Shown in pieces: positions 1 to 13,821 of a stretch of DNA of 64,000 bases. The notes under the pieces are model-generated. The model saw only the letters and a list, made by a program, of their open reading frames with translations, did not search any database and had not been told where the DNA came from. Where the stretch lies: assembly GCA_951406725.2 (NCBI GenBank), contig OX597832.1, forward strand, positions 43,152,001 through 43,216,000. Direction: 5' to 3'. The translations under genes and the position numbers were made by a program. The stretch is from Octopus vulgaris. Lineage: Eukaryota. Each line of letters opens with the position of its first letter. The stretch's first letter is position 1.

Positions 1-34
1 GAGGCAGATAAAATCTGCCTTTTATAATAAGAGA
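1..34 (-). mobile_element. 5' terminus of a non-autonomous Helitron-like element (rest lies outside the window)
   Basis: The minus strand reads a|TCTCTTATTATAAAAGGCAGATTTTATCTGCCTC. It has a 5' TC start after an A and resembles the 5' ends of the Helitrons at 41141 and 42743 (TCTC..TATATATAAACGGCA). Confidence 0.5.
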
Positions 35-615
35 TATATATATATATGCACACGCGCAGAAAACCGTTTAGAATTTTGAATAGCAAGTCAGAATTGAACT
101 TTAACCGACATTCCATTTGATATTCTTATAGGAATTTTCACCTATCACTTGGATAAAAAGAATACTTAATTTCTCCCATATTAAATTCAACATATCCTAA
201 AAGGGGACGATATATTGAATATGATGTAGTTGTTCAGCAAGACACAAACTACATTAGCAATAGCCTTCAACTTTCCTGTATTTCCTGTATTTTACAAATA
301 TGACCCTAAGGACGTGAAAATATCATATATATCTTGCTTGTGAGTAGATGAGTATATTACGTGTTCTACAAATGATGATTGAGAAGAAAATATCGTACAA
401 CATTTTAAGGTTCAATTTATTTATTTACAGGCAACCAATCAAATCTTCCTCACTAAACACATTCCGATGTGTTCACGAATGTTTCTGCTTATATATTGTC
501 ACGTTCTGTCACATCATCAGTTGATTCAATAATCAACAACATGCAATTCGGAGAAACATTCCAAGAATCTTTAGTTTCACACACACTCGCGCGCGCACAT
601 ACACACACACACACG

Positions 616-660
<45 letters not shown>

Positions 661-730
661 ACGCATATCCAGGCGTATACTAATAAATATGTACATATAT
701 ATGTGTATATATATATATATATCAATATAC

Positions 731-798
<68 letters not shown>

Positions 799-1496
799 GT
801 ATTATACAGACATACTTATATATGTACATATATACTTACATATATACATACATACATACATATATACATATATATACATATATATATATATATATGTATT
901 ATGTATGCATTTACATGTATGTATATACATGTATTCGTTGCTCTCTTACATTACATCCCATACATACGTACAAACACACACATACATGCATACATACATG
1001 CAAAAGTAATCAATTGGCCAGTCACTCCATTGTTCCATGAATTATTAAACGAGCGCAATCAGTCTTACGAAATATATATGTGTATATTTGTATGTATGTC
1101 TTCATGCCTAGGAGACAGTGAGAGAGTGGAAGAGACAGGCAGACCGTCAGACAAACAGAAACAGAGAGAAAGACAAAAAGAGAATGAGAGAGAAAGGCCA
1201 TATTCGTAAAAGGTAAAATATGGTGGTTTTTGCTTGTTATTCGGGTTTTGTTTGTTAGTGAAGAGTTTTGCAACATTAAGTGAGAATTTACGAGTAATTC
1301 CGTTTTAATTAAACAGTTATTTCGAGGCGATGCCTTCGCCCAATGGTGGGCGGAGCAAAACAAACTAGACCAGCAATAATGTTCTGATAATCTGGGATGT
1401 AATGGAAGAGAGCAACGAACAACAACAACAACGCCAACGACGACATTGGCAATAAAAATACTAATAATAATAATAATAATAATAACATTAATAATA

Positions 1497-1912
1497 GGCG
1501 CAGGAGTGGCTGTGTGGTAAGTAGCTTGTTTACCAACCACATGGTTCTGGGTTCAGTCCCACTGCGTGGCACCTTGGGTAAGTGTCTTCTACTATAGCCT
1601 CGGGCCGACCAAAGCCTTGTGAGTGGATTTGGTAGACGGAAACTGAAAGAAGCCCGTCGTATATATGTATATATGTGTATTTGTATGTGTGTGTATATGT
1701 TTGTGTGTCTGTGTTTGTCGCCCCAACATCGCTTGACAACCGATGCTGGTGTGTTTATGTCCCCGTTACTTAGCGGTTCGGCAAAAGAGACCGATAGAAT
1801 AAGTACTGGGCTTACAAAAAAAGAATAAGTCCCGGGGTCGAGTTGCTCGATTAAAGGCGGTGCTCCAGCATGGCCGCAGTCAAATGACTGAAACAAGAAA
1901 AGAGTAAAAGAG
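1497..1912 (+). mobile_element. tRNA-derived SINE family A, full length
   Basis: A-box TGGCTGTGTGG, B-box GGTTCAGTCCC, body CCTTGGGTAAGTGTCTTCT, internal (TA)/(TG) tract, and 3' tail GGCGGTGCTCCAGCATGGCCGCAGTCAAATGACTGAAAC followed by AAAAGAG repeats. About ten similar copies occur in the window. Confidence 0.92.
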
Positions 1913-2292
1913 AATAACAATAACGATAATAACAACAACAGCGACGATGACGACGACAACAAGGAAACGGCCATCGATAACTAAAAAAACATCTGCAAGA
2001 ATGGAAAATTCTTCTTCGGTAAAATCATATCCAAGACAAATCTATACAACAGCAATAACAACAATAATAAATACAACTCTAATAGCATTACCAGGGACAA
2101 CGAAATTGCGGAGGAAGCGGAGCGTAAGAACGAAATAAAATGAAACGAATAAACTTTTAATTAGTAGAGAGGAATGGTACCTAAATTTACTCGGACCTTT
2201 ATCAACTTAATAAACACCTAATTAAGACACAGCTGTGCTGCTTAATATTCTGGCTTCAATTTTCTAATGTTTTATTTTTTGACTTTATAAAC

Positions 2293-2348
<56 letters not shown>

Positions 2349-2974
2349 ATATGTATGTTTGTATGTATGCTTGTATATACATATATGTAAATACATACAT
2401 ATATAATACATACATATATAATACATACATATATATATATATGCTTTTATGTATTTTTGTATTCTTATTCGTGTAACATCGTCCTTTTTCCGTCCTTGTT
2501 TTGTATACATTCGAGGCTCTCTTCCAAGGAATCTAATGCGCTTGGCTTAGATTTTTCTTTGGGGCTGGCCAGGTCGGAGCAATCTCAAGAATAAATTGTA
2601 AATTAACATTTTATATGTAAATAATGATATTTATGTTGACTATGGAAATATGCCCTTCAATAATATTGCAGGGGCCTCGCTGCATGACAATGTTCGACTA
2701 GTCTCAAATGGTTTTTTGTCGTATCATCCTCAGTGTTAACTTGACTTCGTACTTCAAGAGGGGTGCAACGCAGGGTTACTCAGGGAAAATTTGTTGTGTA
2801 AGTGACGTCGATATAATTTGCATGTCAGTCCTTTCGCTAGCAGCGAGTGTTAAATATAGCACTGTGACAAAGAGCATGTATGACTAAATTCGTTTGATAT
2901 AATTGACTATCCTTCTCTCCTTAAAGTTGCTGGCCTTGTGCCAAAATTTGAAATCATCTTAGAGTTTCAAATCG

Positions 2975-3140
2975 TGGTCAATTGGAAGAAACGGTGGAGT
3001 GTCGAAAGAACTGGTTTGCCGCATGCAGTTACGGCGCTTTACCATCAGGTTTAAATCGTTCTACAGTCAACTTTGTCTTTCGTCCTTCTGGGGTCGCTAA
3101 GACAAAGTCCTTAGTCAAATACTGGTGGAGAGATGATCGA
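2975..3140 (+). mobile_element. degenerate SINE family B
   Basis: GTCAACTTTGTCTTTCGTCCTTCTGGGGTCG is a diverged match to the family B core GTCGACTTTGCCTTTCATCCTTTCGGGGTCG. Confidence 0.55.
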
Positions 3141-3501
3141 TTTTTCCTATCTCCCGAAAGGTATCAGCTTCAACTATTACAATTTACTAGAACATTTTAG
3201 CACTAAAGACTGCGCCTTTGGTGTCGACTGTGCCACATTGCAGGGACATAAATTATATATATTCATTTTCAAGCATTAATTTAACTGAACTAAGAGCAAA
3301 TGGCTGAATATTTATTCTTTGCTTTCTTTTTTCGTTAAAGTTAAAATATGAATCAAAATAATTATTGCAATTGAGAGTGCAAAGCTTCTGAGGCGAGTAA
3401 ATATATCATTAAAAGTACCTTCAAATTATAACATCTTGTTTACGTCTCGGTTTAAAGAAAGAGAACTGCAAACATGACGAGTGCAAATATACTATATATA
3501 T

Positions 3502-3502
<1 letters not shown>

Positions 3503-3554
<52 letters not shown>

Positions 3555-3623
3555 CAGATAGATAGATAAATAGATAGACAGACAGACAGGCAGATAGATA
3601 GATAGATAGATAGATGGATAGAT
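3503..3623. repeat. (AGAT)n microsatellite
   Basis: Tandem GATA units seen directly. Confidence 0.95.
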
Positions 3624-5077
3624 ATATGCATCTACGTATGTATATGTATATGTATGTATATATATACATATATATATAATACATAAGGTATGTATATATA
3701 TGTATATATCTGTATCTATATATATCTATCTATATATTTATCACTCTCTCTATATATATATATATAAAACATATTTTTTTGTTTCTGTTTTAAACCAACA
3801 TAAAATTGAGCCAGCCATTTTTGCAATTTACTCTGCGTAAATAGAACAGCTAAAGAATCAGAATGGAGATGCAATGGTGAATGGAAGAAGATGTGTTGTA
3901 GTGAGTGGTGTAATGTCGGTGAGGTAGTGGTGGTGGTTGTGGTGGTGGTGATAGTGTAGCTGATATTTTCACTGTCGGTGGTGACGGTGCTAGTGTGTGT
4001 GTGTGTAAAGAGAGACAGTGACGATAGTAAAGAAATGAAAATTGAAAAAAAAAACCCACTTTATGCACATGTACATAGGTACATACGTAAATACAATATA
4101 TATTTCAGAGAATAGCAAAAAAAAACGGAACACAGGACAAGAGACGCACACACGTACACGCTCTTAGAAACGCATACAGATACACATACGCGACCAAACA
4201 CACACACCTACAAATACACCAAACAACTGATTAATCAGGTGGGGGGGAAATACTATTGGGCGGGGAGAAGGAGAAATGCAGAAACAGTGATCTAATATGG
4301 AAATGAATGAAGAATATTTAACATTGATTAATGGCGTTTTTGCTTGAATTTGCTTCCTTCCCCATTGGCTAATTTCTCCTTGAAATCTCCAGCCACCCCA
4401 TTTAAAGCATGCGTTTATGAATTTGTTGATTTTGTTACGTTTTATAGCTGTTTTTTTTTATCGTGTTTTTGTTTTATATTTAATGTGTGTTTTGTTGGGT
4501 TTTAATTTTCAGTTAAAGTTTTGTTATTTGTTATGTTTTGTTTTGTTTTGTTTTTATCTTTTTTTTTTATTCCTATTCATTTCCGCTGCAAAAATGCTAA
4601 CCTGATTACAAACCCGGAAAAACATTAAACAGGAAAAAAAAGCACGTTTTTTTTTTAATATGTAAAAAATAAAAGACACAAACAAAAAACATAATTTTAG
4701 AAAAAAAATAAGCTTTTTTTTGTGATTCCAAAGTAAAATACGTCCATTTTAAGAAAGTATTTTTCCTGTTGATTTAACCAACCAACAAATTCGAAATTCT
4801 AATGATGGAGTTTTACGACTGAAAAGCAATCAATTGGTTATTGAATAATCGATTCATTGATTTATTGCCAGCTTAGCTTGGATTAAAATGATGCAGACAT
4901 GTTTTTTTTCTTTAATTTTTTTGTTTTTACATCAGCTAATCGATGTCCAAAGAAATAATGATGGAACAGCGACTCCTATATTACAGAACAGAAGAGTTTC
5001 GCAGCTAATCAATTTTAACACGGTTGGAAATTGACTTTGCCAATCAATAGAAGCCAGCCATTATACATACATACATT

Positions 5078-5152
<75 letters not shown>

Positions 5153-5224
5153 CTATGTATGTATGTATGTATCTATGTATCTATGTATATGTGTATGTAT
5201 ATGTATATATATGTATATATATAA

Positions 5225-5268
<44 letters not shown>

Positions 5269-5684
5269 TTATACACATGTATGTATGTATATATATATAT
5301 GTAGAGAGAAATCTACCTTTGAGCCTTCAATTAGTAATGATTTATAAATTCTTATTGAGCAGATATTTCGCTTGTATTAAATAATGTTTTAACTAATCCC
5401 ATCTATTGAATAGATTTAATCACACGGTGAACATGTACCACCGTTGGAGCTGTTTATGCTATCTTGTTTTTTTTTAAGTAGTTTATTAACTGTATTGTAT
5501 AACGTTCTTGTGTTCATTGTTGTTTGTGTTGTCATTGTTGTGGCAGCGGTGGTGGTTGCTATTACTGTTGGTTTTGTTCTTGTTCATTGATTGTTGCTCT
5601 GCCACAGCTGAACTCGAATAATGTAGACCTATAACCCTTTCTAATTTTTCCACAGGGCCAGCAGCTTTTAGAAGAGGGGGAAAT

Positions 5685-5845
5685 TGTTTACATCGACACC
5701 AGTGCTCCGCTTATACTTTATTTCATTGACCCCAAAAGATAAAAGGCAAGGTTTGATCTCAGTGATATTTGAACTCAGGACGTAAAGATCCGGAAGAACA
5801 GCTTAGTATTCTGTCCTACGTACTATGATTCTGCCAGTTCACTGC
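5685..5845 (-). mobile_element. degenerate SINE family B
   Basis: GACCCCAAAAGATAAAAGGCAAGG...ATTTGAACTCAG matches the reverse complement of family B. Confidence 0.65.
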
Positions 5846-7014
5846 AGAACTATATTGGATAGCATTCTTATATTCGTGATCATCCCATACTTTTGCTCAC
5901 TTAAAACTATTCATGCCATGTACAGCTTCTGTTTCTAGCAGATCCAGTGACCGCGTACGGGAACCCCTCATTGACAGGACTAATAAAAAGAAAAGATTTA
6001 ACTGGGATTTATTCGATAAACACAGACTCAACACTGTAAAATCCAAAGGCGACGTTCTGATATATCTGTAACGTTAATACCCAAAGATATCACAGACACT
6101 CACTTTTATATGTATCTAATTCTCTGTTCATTTCTTACTATAGTGATGATACACAGATTGGTCGGATCACTCTCTTGGCTCACAAACGTCCTGAGTGTAT
6201 CAAGGCAGAAGTTAAAAACTGATATTTATATCCATCATTGTTACTTTTTATTTTATTATTTATTTAAAAAGTATTTACAGTCATTCGATTGCAACCAGAC
6301 AAGCAACTGAATGGTAAAGCTTCTGGCAGAGAGGATTTGTGAGGGACGGATAAAACTACATTACATTAAATTGCGTGACTTATCAATTATGATTATCCTC
6401 TACACCAGCACATAACCTGATCACAGAACTGTTATTCGTTCAATAAAGTTAAATAAGATGTTCGTAAGTTATTTATAATGGTTGGAATCCAATAAATTAG
6501 TTAATTTTATCAAATTCATTCTTCGAGAGATCAATTTCTATGTGTACATATATATATATTTGCAATATATATGGGGTGCAAGTTGCATCGAATAACCAGC
6601 TTGAGGAAGAGTCCTCCCGGGGTTAAAAATATCAGTAACGTCAGATCCTACGGAACAGACGTATGTATAAATTCATGAATGATAGAGAAATAGTTTGATG
6701 AAATTTTATTTAACAATAAGAAAATTCTAATGTCAGGTCACGTTGTTTCGTAACTACAAAGCATGTAAATAATTTATATTATTATAATGATACATTAAGG
6801 AGTTTTCTTTATGAGAACTACTAGGTTACTTGAATCCATATATTGTGACTTAAATATATATATATATATATATATATTACCTCCACTTCTACCTGTTATT
6901 CAAATGTACTATTGCCTTGTAACAGCAAGCCTTTGAATATATATAGAGGTCCCTCCAGTAGTATATTGGATATTTATTATTTTATTATCCCTTAGATGGT
7001 TGTCTAACCTCGAA

Positions 7015-7117
<103 letters not shown>

Positions 7118-7699
7118 ATATTATATTATATTATATTTTATTATTTTATATTATATTATATTATATTATATTATATTATATTATATTATATTATATTATA
7201 TTATATATTATGTTATATTATATTATTATATTATATTATATTGATTTATAACTTTTAATTTTGTTTTTTTTACTCTTTCTTACGATTGAACAAATTATTT
7301 TCTCTTCCGCTACCGATTTTATTAATATATATTTGAAAGAATATTTATTCTATCTCCCACACATTTTTGTAGATCTCATAATGTAGTCGGGTTTCTCCTA
7401 AATGGAGATTAGTAATTCGTTTAGTATCTTTCGTGATGGAAACTGGATTCTAAATAAACTATTTAGCTCTTAACATCTGCTGAGTTTCACAGGAAAGAAA
7501 TCTGAAAATAGGCAAAGGTGGAAATGAAGACCAGTTTAAATAAAGATTGAAAAAGAACAGAAACATGATAATATGCAATAAATAGAAAATATAAGTAAAG
7601 GACAACACTGCCATAATTCAATATAACTTGTAAACATGTTTTAAAGTATGGAAAATTTTTTAGTGTGCATGCATCATATTTAATATAGGAAATCAACGG

Positions 7700-7762
<63 letters not shown>

Positions 7763-7768
<6 letters not shown>

Positions 7769-8072
7769 TTGTTTGTTCCTTCTAAAGACATGCCTGGCTC
7801 ATAAGGGCCGATTTCCCGGTTTCGCTGGCGTATAGGTTCCCTACCTGGACGGGACGCCGGTCCCTCGCAGGTGAGCTGCAAGATACAGGAGGAAAGAGTG
7901 AGAGAAGTTGCGGCGAAAGAGTTAGCAGAAGTTCTCCATTACCTTCTGCAAGAGCCGCGTGGAGCTTAGGTGTTTCGCTCATAAACACACACATCGCCCG
8001 GGCTGAGATTCTAATCCGCAATCCCTCGACCGCGAGTCAGCTGCTCTAACCACTAGGCCATGCGCCTCCACA
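7763..8072 (-). mobile_element. tRNA-derived SINE family C
   Basis: Minus-strand head TGTGGAGGCGCATGGCCTAGTGGTTAGAGC (A-box) and a B-box-like motif, with an (AAAC)n-like tail. A closely similar copy lies at 58395-58704. Confidence 0.9.
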
Positions 8073-8077
8073 AATAA

Positions 8078-8325
8078 ATGTTCCTTCTCGAGCCATGCCA
8101 GGCTCATAAGGGCCGGTTTCCCGGTTTCAGTGGCATATAAATTCCCCACCTGGACAGGACGCCGTTCCGTTGCAGGATTACTCATTTTTGACAGCTGAGT
8201 GGACTGGAGCAACGTGAAATGAAGTGTTTTGCTCAAGAACACAACGCATTGTCCGGTTCAAGAATCGAAACCCCAACTTTATGATCATGAGTCCAACAAC
8301 CTAACCACTAAGCCATGAGCCTCCA
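8078..8325 (-). mobile_element. SINE related to family C (same 3' tail, different body)
   Basis: It shares TGTTCCTTCTCGAGCCATGCC.GGCTCATAAGGGCCGGTTTCCCGG with family C and has a tRNA-like head TGGAGGCTCATGGCTTAGTGGTTAGG...GGTTTCGATTC. Confidence 0.8.
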
Positions 8326-8328
8326 TGC

Positions 8329-8374
<46 letters not shown>

Positions 8375-8499
8375 GGGAAACCACTATGTGGACACCCTTA
8401 TGCTAGAAATAGATCCGCTACGGTCTCACCACTAAGAAATGTTCTCAAGAAAAATTTAGCAAAACAACCAAAACATAATCGAGCAAGAAATAAGAAAAA

Positions 8500-8730
8500 G
8501 TAAGAAAAATATGGATATGGGCAGTGAAAGAAGGTAGAATAATCAACCCTAAACCCCAGATAGAATGGAAAATTATTGCTAAAGCCAAAAAATACTGGGA
8601 AAGGGGTACCAAAATGTGAACCCTGTATTACTGAAAAATTAAACATTATACCATCAACAGATAACATCATTAACATTGGAGATGAGACCTTCTCTCCCAG
8701 CATACACAAACAATATTTTACACTCAAATA
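8500..8730 (+). pseudogene. degenerate Penelope-like element GIY-YIG endonuclease C-terminus
   Basis: Two frames read IWAVKE..PQIEWKIIAKAKKY and, after a frameshift, KCEPCITEKLNII..NIINIGDETFSPSIHKQYF. This resembles the PLE C-terminal pattern IW.LK..I.W.I..A..Y...KC.LC..EK..I...LLN.R.E..S.C.H as I recall it. Confidence 0.65.
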
Positions 8731-9229
8731 TTTTAAAGAAGAGCCCCTATATACGAGGGAACCCTACTAGGATGGCCGCTTTCCGGAATGTGAACACATA
8801 TATCACACAAACTTCACACAAAGAAATATGCCCGAATGACGAACTACCTCAGTACACCAGTATAAGCACACCATACCCAGAACAGAAACAAAATAAAGCA
8901 ATCAAACTCATCACAGAAAAATTTGCCCAATCGACAAATTCAAAGGAAACAAACATCCAAAAGATGCCATTCAAGAGTAACGTCCCTTGATTCATTGAGT
9001 TACTGTTTTATTTACACGAATCTACGAGAAACTCTGTGAACGAAGCGAGAGTGTTTTCCAAAATGGAGGCGAATACCCTTTTCCATGTGATCGGCTTGAA
9101 AAATTGTTAAGACGCTAAGACATTTTCCTAATTTTCTTAACATGAAACCAAAGATAGCCTTAATTCACGAATAAAGAAACTATATCCACTAATGCTGTGT
9201 TGAGCACTAATTTCCGTCGTTCGACATTT

Positions 9230-9291
<62 letters not shown>

Positions 9292-9591
9292 TGAAATAAA
9301 ACTTACTTGGAAGAAGAAGAAAACGACGCGTGCGTTCATCGAAACACGCATTGAGTCGAAGAAGGGGCAGCTGAAGAAGGGGAATGTTCCTTGTGTTGTT
9401 TGTCTTGTACTCCGCTTTTTCGTTGTTAAAAAAAGTTCGTTTCCTTGTTTGGTTTTATGTTTTCGTTTCTCGTTGTGTTCTCCGCTTATTTGTGGTGTCC
9501 TGTACTCATATATGCATGTATATATATACATATAGATGCAGGTATGTACATATATGTATGTATGTATGCATATGTTTTATTTATTAAATTG

Positions 9592-9643
<52 letters not shown>

Positions 9644-9731
9644 GAGAGAGAGAGATGCACACACAGACATACACACACGCGTATATACATAAAAGTATAT
9701 AGATGTATTATGTATGTATACATACATAAAA

Positions 9732-9892
9732 CAGGAGTGGCTGTGTGGTAAGTAGCTTGCTAACCAACCACATGGTTGCGGGTTCAGTCCCACTGCGTGG
9801 CATCTTGGGCAAGTGTCTTCTGCTATAGCCCCGGGCCGACCAATGCCTTGTGAGCGGATTTGGTAGACGGAAACTGAAAGAAGCCTGTCGTA

Positions 9893-9941
<49 letters not shown>

Positions 9942-10145
9942 TTGTGTGTCTGTGTTTGTCCCCCTAGCATTGCCTGACAACCGATGCTGGTGTGTCTACG
10001 TCCCCGCCACTTAGTGGTTCGGCAAAAGAGACCGATAGAATAAGTACTGGGCTTACAAAGAATAAGTTCCGGGGTCGATTTGATCGACTAAAGGCGGTGC
10101 TCCAGCATGGCCGCAGTCAAATGACTGAAACTAGTAAAAGAGAAA
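9732..10145 (+). mobile_element. tRNA-derived SINE family A, near full length
   Basis: Same head, body and tail as 1497-1912. Confidence 0.92.
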
Positions 10146-10777
10146 AAGAAAAGAGATACATATATAAATGAGGAGAGAGCAAGTGAATGAGAGAGAAAAA
10201 AAGAACGAGAAGAAAGTGGCGATAGAGGTATTTCTGTTTTGTCTCTACTTTGTAAGTTTTGGCAGACATTGCACTGTATCGTCTTTATCGATACGGTACC
10301 GTTATGTTTTAATCATCATTTTATATTCTGCCCGCTTCACTAACGAAAACAACTGGACCGTTGTGTGTGATAATATTTTTAATGTAATTGCTTGTTAGCT
10401 CGATAATGAAAGGTCATTTTTACCAATCATTTAGATTGCCTTTTCTTGATTGCTGTCTAGAAATTCGAGTTGTTGTTACTGCTGCTGCTGTCTTCGTTTA
10501 GCCCTAGATCAACCCTGATGAATGAGACTTGTTTAAGATCATAGGCGTTACAGCTATGCCCATCGTGGGTTGTTTTAGCTTTATTTTGTTTTTTATTTTG
10601 TATATTTCGGATTATATTGTATCACCTTCTTTTTAAGTAAGTACTTTTATGATATGAAAGACAATTCGCTGCAATTTCTGTCAGGAATATCGACCACCAC
10701 GAGTCTCTCCTTAGTTCAACAATTATATTTGGAGCAACTATATTGCCGTATAGATGTAATCAGAGTTTCTTAGTTTA

Positions 10778-11163
10778 GCGCAGGAGTGGCTGTGTGGTAA
10801 GTAGCTTGCTTACCAGCCACATGGTTCCGGGTTCAGTCGCACTGCATGGCATCTTGGGCAAGTGTCTTCTACTATAGCCTCGGCTCGACCAAAGCCTTGT
10901 GAGTGGATTTGGTCGACAGAAACCGAAAAGAAGCCCGTATATGTATATATGTGTGTGTGTTTATCCCCCCAACATTGCTTGAAACCAATACTGGTGTGTT
11001 TACGTCCCTGTAGCTTAGTGGTTCGGCAAAAGAAACCGATAGAATAAGGACTAGGCTTACAAAGAATAAGTCGTGGGGTCGATATGCTCGACTAAAGGCG
11101 GTGCGACAGCATGGCCACAGTTAAATGGCTGAAACAAGTAAAAGAGTAAAAGAGAGTAAAGAG
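10778..11163 (+). mobile_element. tRNA-derived SINE family A, full length
   Basis: Same head, body and tail as 1497-1912. Confidence 0.92.
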
Positions 11164-11380
11164 TTGTATTAGAGTTTTACAAATTATCAGCATTTTGTTT
11201 AAGATTGCAGTTTTATAGTTCCTGAAGAGTAAATCTAAAGTTACGAATTGTTGTTTCTAATGAAAATTAAATATTATTGAAAAATACTGTGATACATACA
11301 GTAAAATGATATCAGTTAGCTGGTCGTAAGGATACTATGAAATATTTTTTATCTATATCGAATATATATATATATATATA

Positions 11381-11484
11381 CGACAGGCTTCTTTCAGTTT
11401 CTGTCTACCAAATCAACTCACAAGACTTTGGTCGTCCCAAGCCTATACTTGCCCAAGGTGTCACGCAGTGGGACTGAACCCGGA
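11381..11484 (-). mobile_element. SINE family A fragment
   Basis: Reverse complement of the B-box and body (CGACAGGCTTCTTTCAGTTT...GGGACTGAACCCGG). Confidence 0.85.
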
Positions 11485-11923
11485 TTTGGCTTCTTTTTTT
11501 TTTTATCAAACCTCTCCTCTCGTGAGGAAACCTACCATCGAAAACAACACCAACAACAACAAATGCGGGATTAAAAATGGCCTAAATACAAAATATGTAA
11601 CGATGCACTTAATCACATAGAATCGTATTTCTGTCCGCGCCTGGCGACCTGTAAATCTGTTCCTAATACCGCAATTCCCAAAACATTTCCGGTCTTAAGA
11701 AACCCCGTCTACACTCTCCGCCATTTCTATTATATACTCTCTCCACCATTATACGCTAGATTATAAATTCTTTTATTCGGGAAACTATATAATTTACATT
11801 TATTTTCTGAAAATGTTGCCATTTATTATATTTAATGTCGTTTCGCTGTTTGGACATAGTAGTAGTAGTAGTAGCAATAATATCCTTCGCCTTCTTCTTC
11901 TTCTTTTCTTCTTCTTCTTCTTC

Positions 11924-11961
<38 letters not shown>

Positions 11962-11977
11962 TGTAGTATAGTAGTAA

Positions 11978-12027
<50 letters not shown>

Positions 12028-12333
12028 CTGGTCGGGGTGGGGTGTGGTGGTGGTAATAGCGGCGGCGGTGTCAGCATCAGCTTCAAGAGATGAAGTAGTT
12101 TAGTATTAGTGATATAATTTTCGTATTTCATGTATTATATTGTAATGATAAGACAGAAGTGTTTGCCGACATTTTCCCACGCACGCGCGTGCATGAAGTC
12201 ACACATATGCGAAAACATAAACATATGTATATATATATATATATATATGCAAATTCTCTCTCTTTCTTTCTATCTCTCTTGCTCTCTCTCTCTCTCTCCC
12301 TCTCTCTTTCTCTCTCTTTCTCACTCACTCACT

Positions 12334-12375
<42 letters not shown>

Positions 12376-12584
12376 ATGTGAAATAGAAAGATGAATAATC
12401 TTGTAGCAGATTAATCAAAAGTTTAACCGATACCTTGGTAGCAAAAATCACAGCAGAAGACAGCACGGTTGGAGGTACAACCATATGGTGTTGCAACCGT
12501 GCGTTGGTGCGGATAATTGAAATTAAAATATTATTGGTGAATTGAAGAAATGGAGCTGAACGAAGATTGCACAGAAATCGTTTT

Positions 12585-12675
12585 ATTTCATTCTACACGT
12601 GTTTCGAAAGGCACAATTTACCAAAATCCGATTGAATAATGAGACCATATTGTGTCTTTCTCTTCAGGAAGAAAT
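12585..12675 (-). ncRNA. type I hammerhead ribozyme motif, probably from a PLE pseudo-LTR
   Basis: Minus strand: stem I atttcttc, core CUGAAGA, stem II gaaagacacaat/attgtgcctttc, GAAA, palindromic helix III ACACGUGU, GUA cleavage triplet, then stem I' gaatgaaat. Confidence 0.75.
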
Positions 12676-13290
12676 AGGAAATCCGTTGGAAAAAACAAAA
12701 ACAGAACAGAGGCGGAGCAAAACAAATCGAACTAGGCTCCTAAGAGCCCATGGCAAAACTGTTTATCAGTGTATGTTGAGAACCGGTGGTTGAAGATTTT
12801 AACGGGTCAGGCAGCGGTCATTCCTGTGGGTGAAGGTGTGTAGATGTTCTTTGTGACCGAGAATAAAGTTCTGACTATTTAAGGAATATTGGATGTTTTA
12901 TAAGGGGCGAGAAAAAATCTACTTAGAGACATGTGTGTGTTTACTGTTCTATATATGTGTGCTGGCGCAGGATGGCAAAACCTCCGTCAAGGGGTAGAAA
13001 ACATTTTTGTGTACGTGTGTGCGTTTGATCGCTCGGCTGTCAGTGGTTAAGCCGCTCTACACAATGGCTACTGCAGTAAGAACCGTTGGGTGGCAGAAAA
13101 AAATATATTTCTGTGCAATCTTCGTTCAGCTCCATTTCTTCAATTCACCAATAATATTATATATATATATATGTATGTATGTATGTAATGTATGTATGTA
13201 TGTATGTATGTATGCATGTATGCATACATACTTATATATATATATATATATATATATATGCATACTTATATATGTATGTATGTATGTATG

Positions 13291-13322
<32 letters not shown>

Positions 13323-13524
13323 CATGTATGTATGTATGTATATATTATATCATACCTTGATACTGTGCAGATTAAGATCCCCATTGAGAGGCCGCTGGTA
13401 TTTATAGAGTGTAAAACACTTTCCGTATGCAAATTAGGGACTCCTTCATAGAGTAACTGCTGCATTTGTTGGGTATATAAACAGCTCGGCTGCTGCTTCT
13501 CTGAAGATTGTCAGAATGATGTAG

Positions 13525-13572
13525 ACAACTCTGGTGAGAACCCAATAAGTCTCGAAAATCGATTAAGATTGT
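13525..13572 (+). ncRNA. degenerate type I hammerhead motif
   Basis: acaact CUGGUGA gaac..gtctc GAAA, palindrome AAUCGAUU, UUA, then agattgt. The core has A6->G. A TATATAAA lies about 50 nt upstream, as expected in PLE pseudo-LTRs. Confidence 0.55.
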
Positions 13573-13776
13573 TCGTAATTTTTTTTTCAGTTTACGGAGA
13601 AATGGTTAAAATTTGCCATGTTTATAATTATACCATATGTTACATATATATAGAGAGAGATGGAGAGCAAGATATACATGTATATACCAACGCATATAGA
13701 CACAATAGCTACTGGTTCTATGAACTAACATATGATATATATATATATATATATATAAACCCTCATTCACCCTCAT

Positions 13777-13821
<45 letters not shown>

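Noticed and set aside
1230-1345. Possible PLE endonuclease tail (NNCLIKTELL) on the minus strand
   Set aside because: Too short and degenerate to support.
1497-1570. SINE heads as tRNA genes
   Set aside because: A and B boxes are present but there is no complete cloverleaf, and each runs into a repeated SINE body.
1870-1905. SINE A tail stem-loop followed by GAAAC as a possible ribozyme
   Set aside because: No CUGANGA upstream of the stem. Better explained as a LINE recognition stem-loop.
9295-9400. CUGAAGAAG and CGAAAC motifs in a TA-flanked island
   Set aside because: The motifs are in the wrong order or too degenerate to build a hammerhead.
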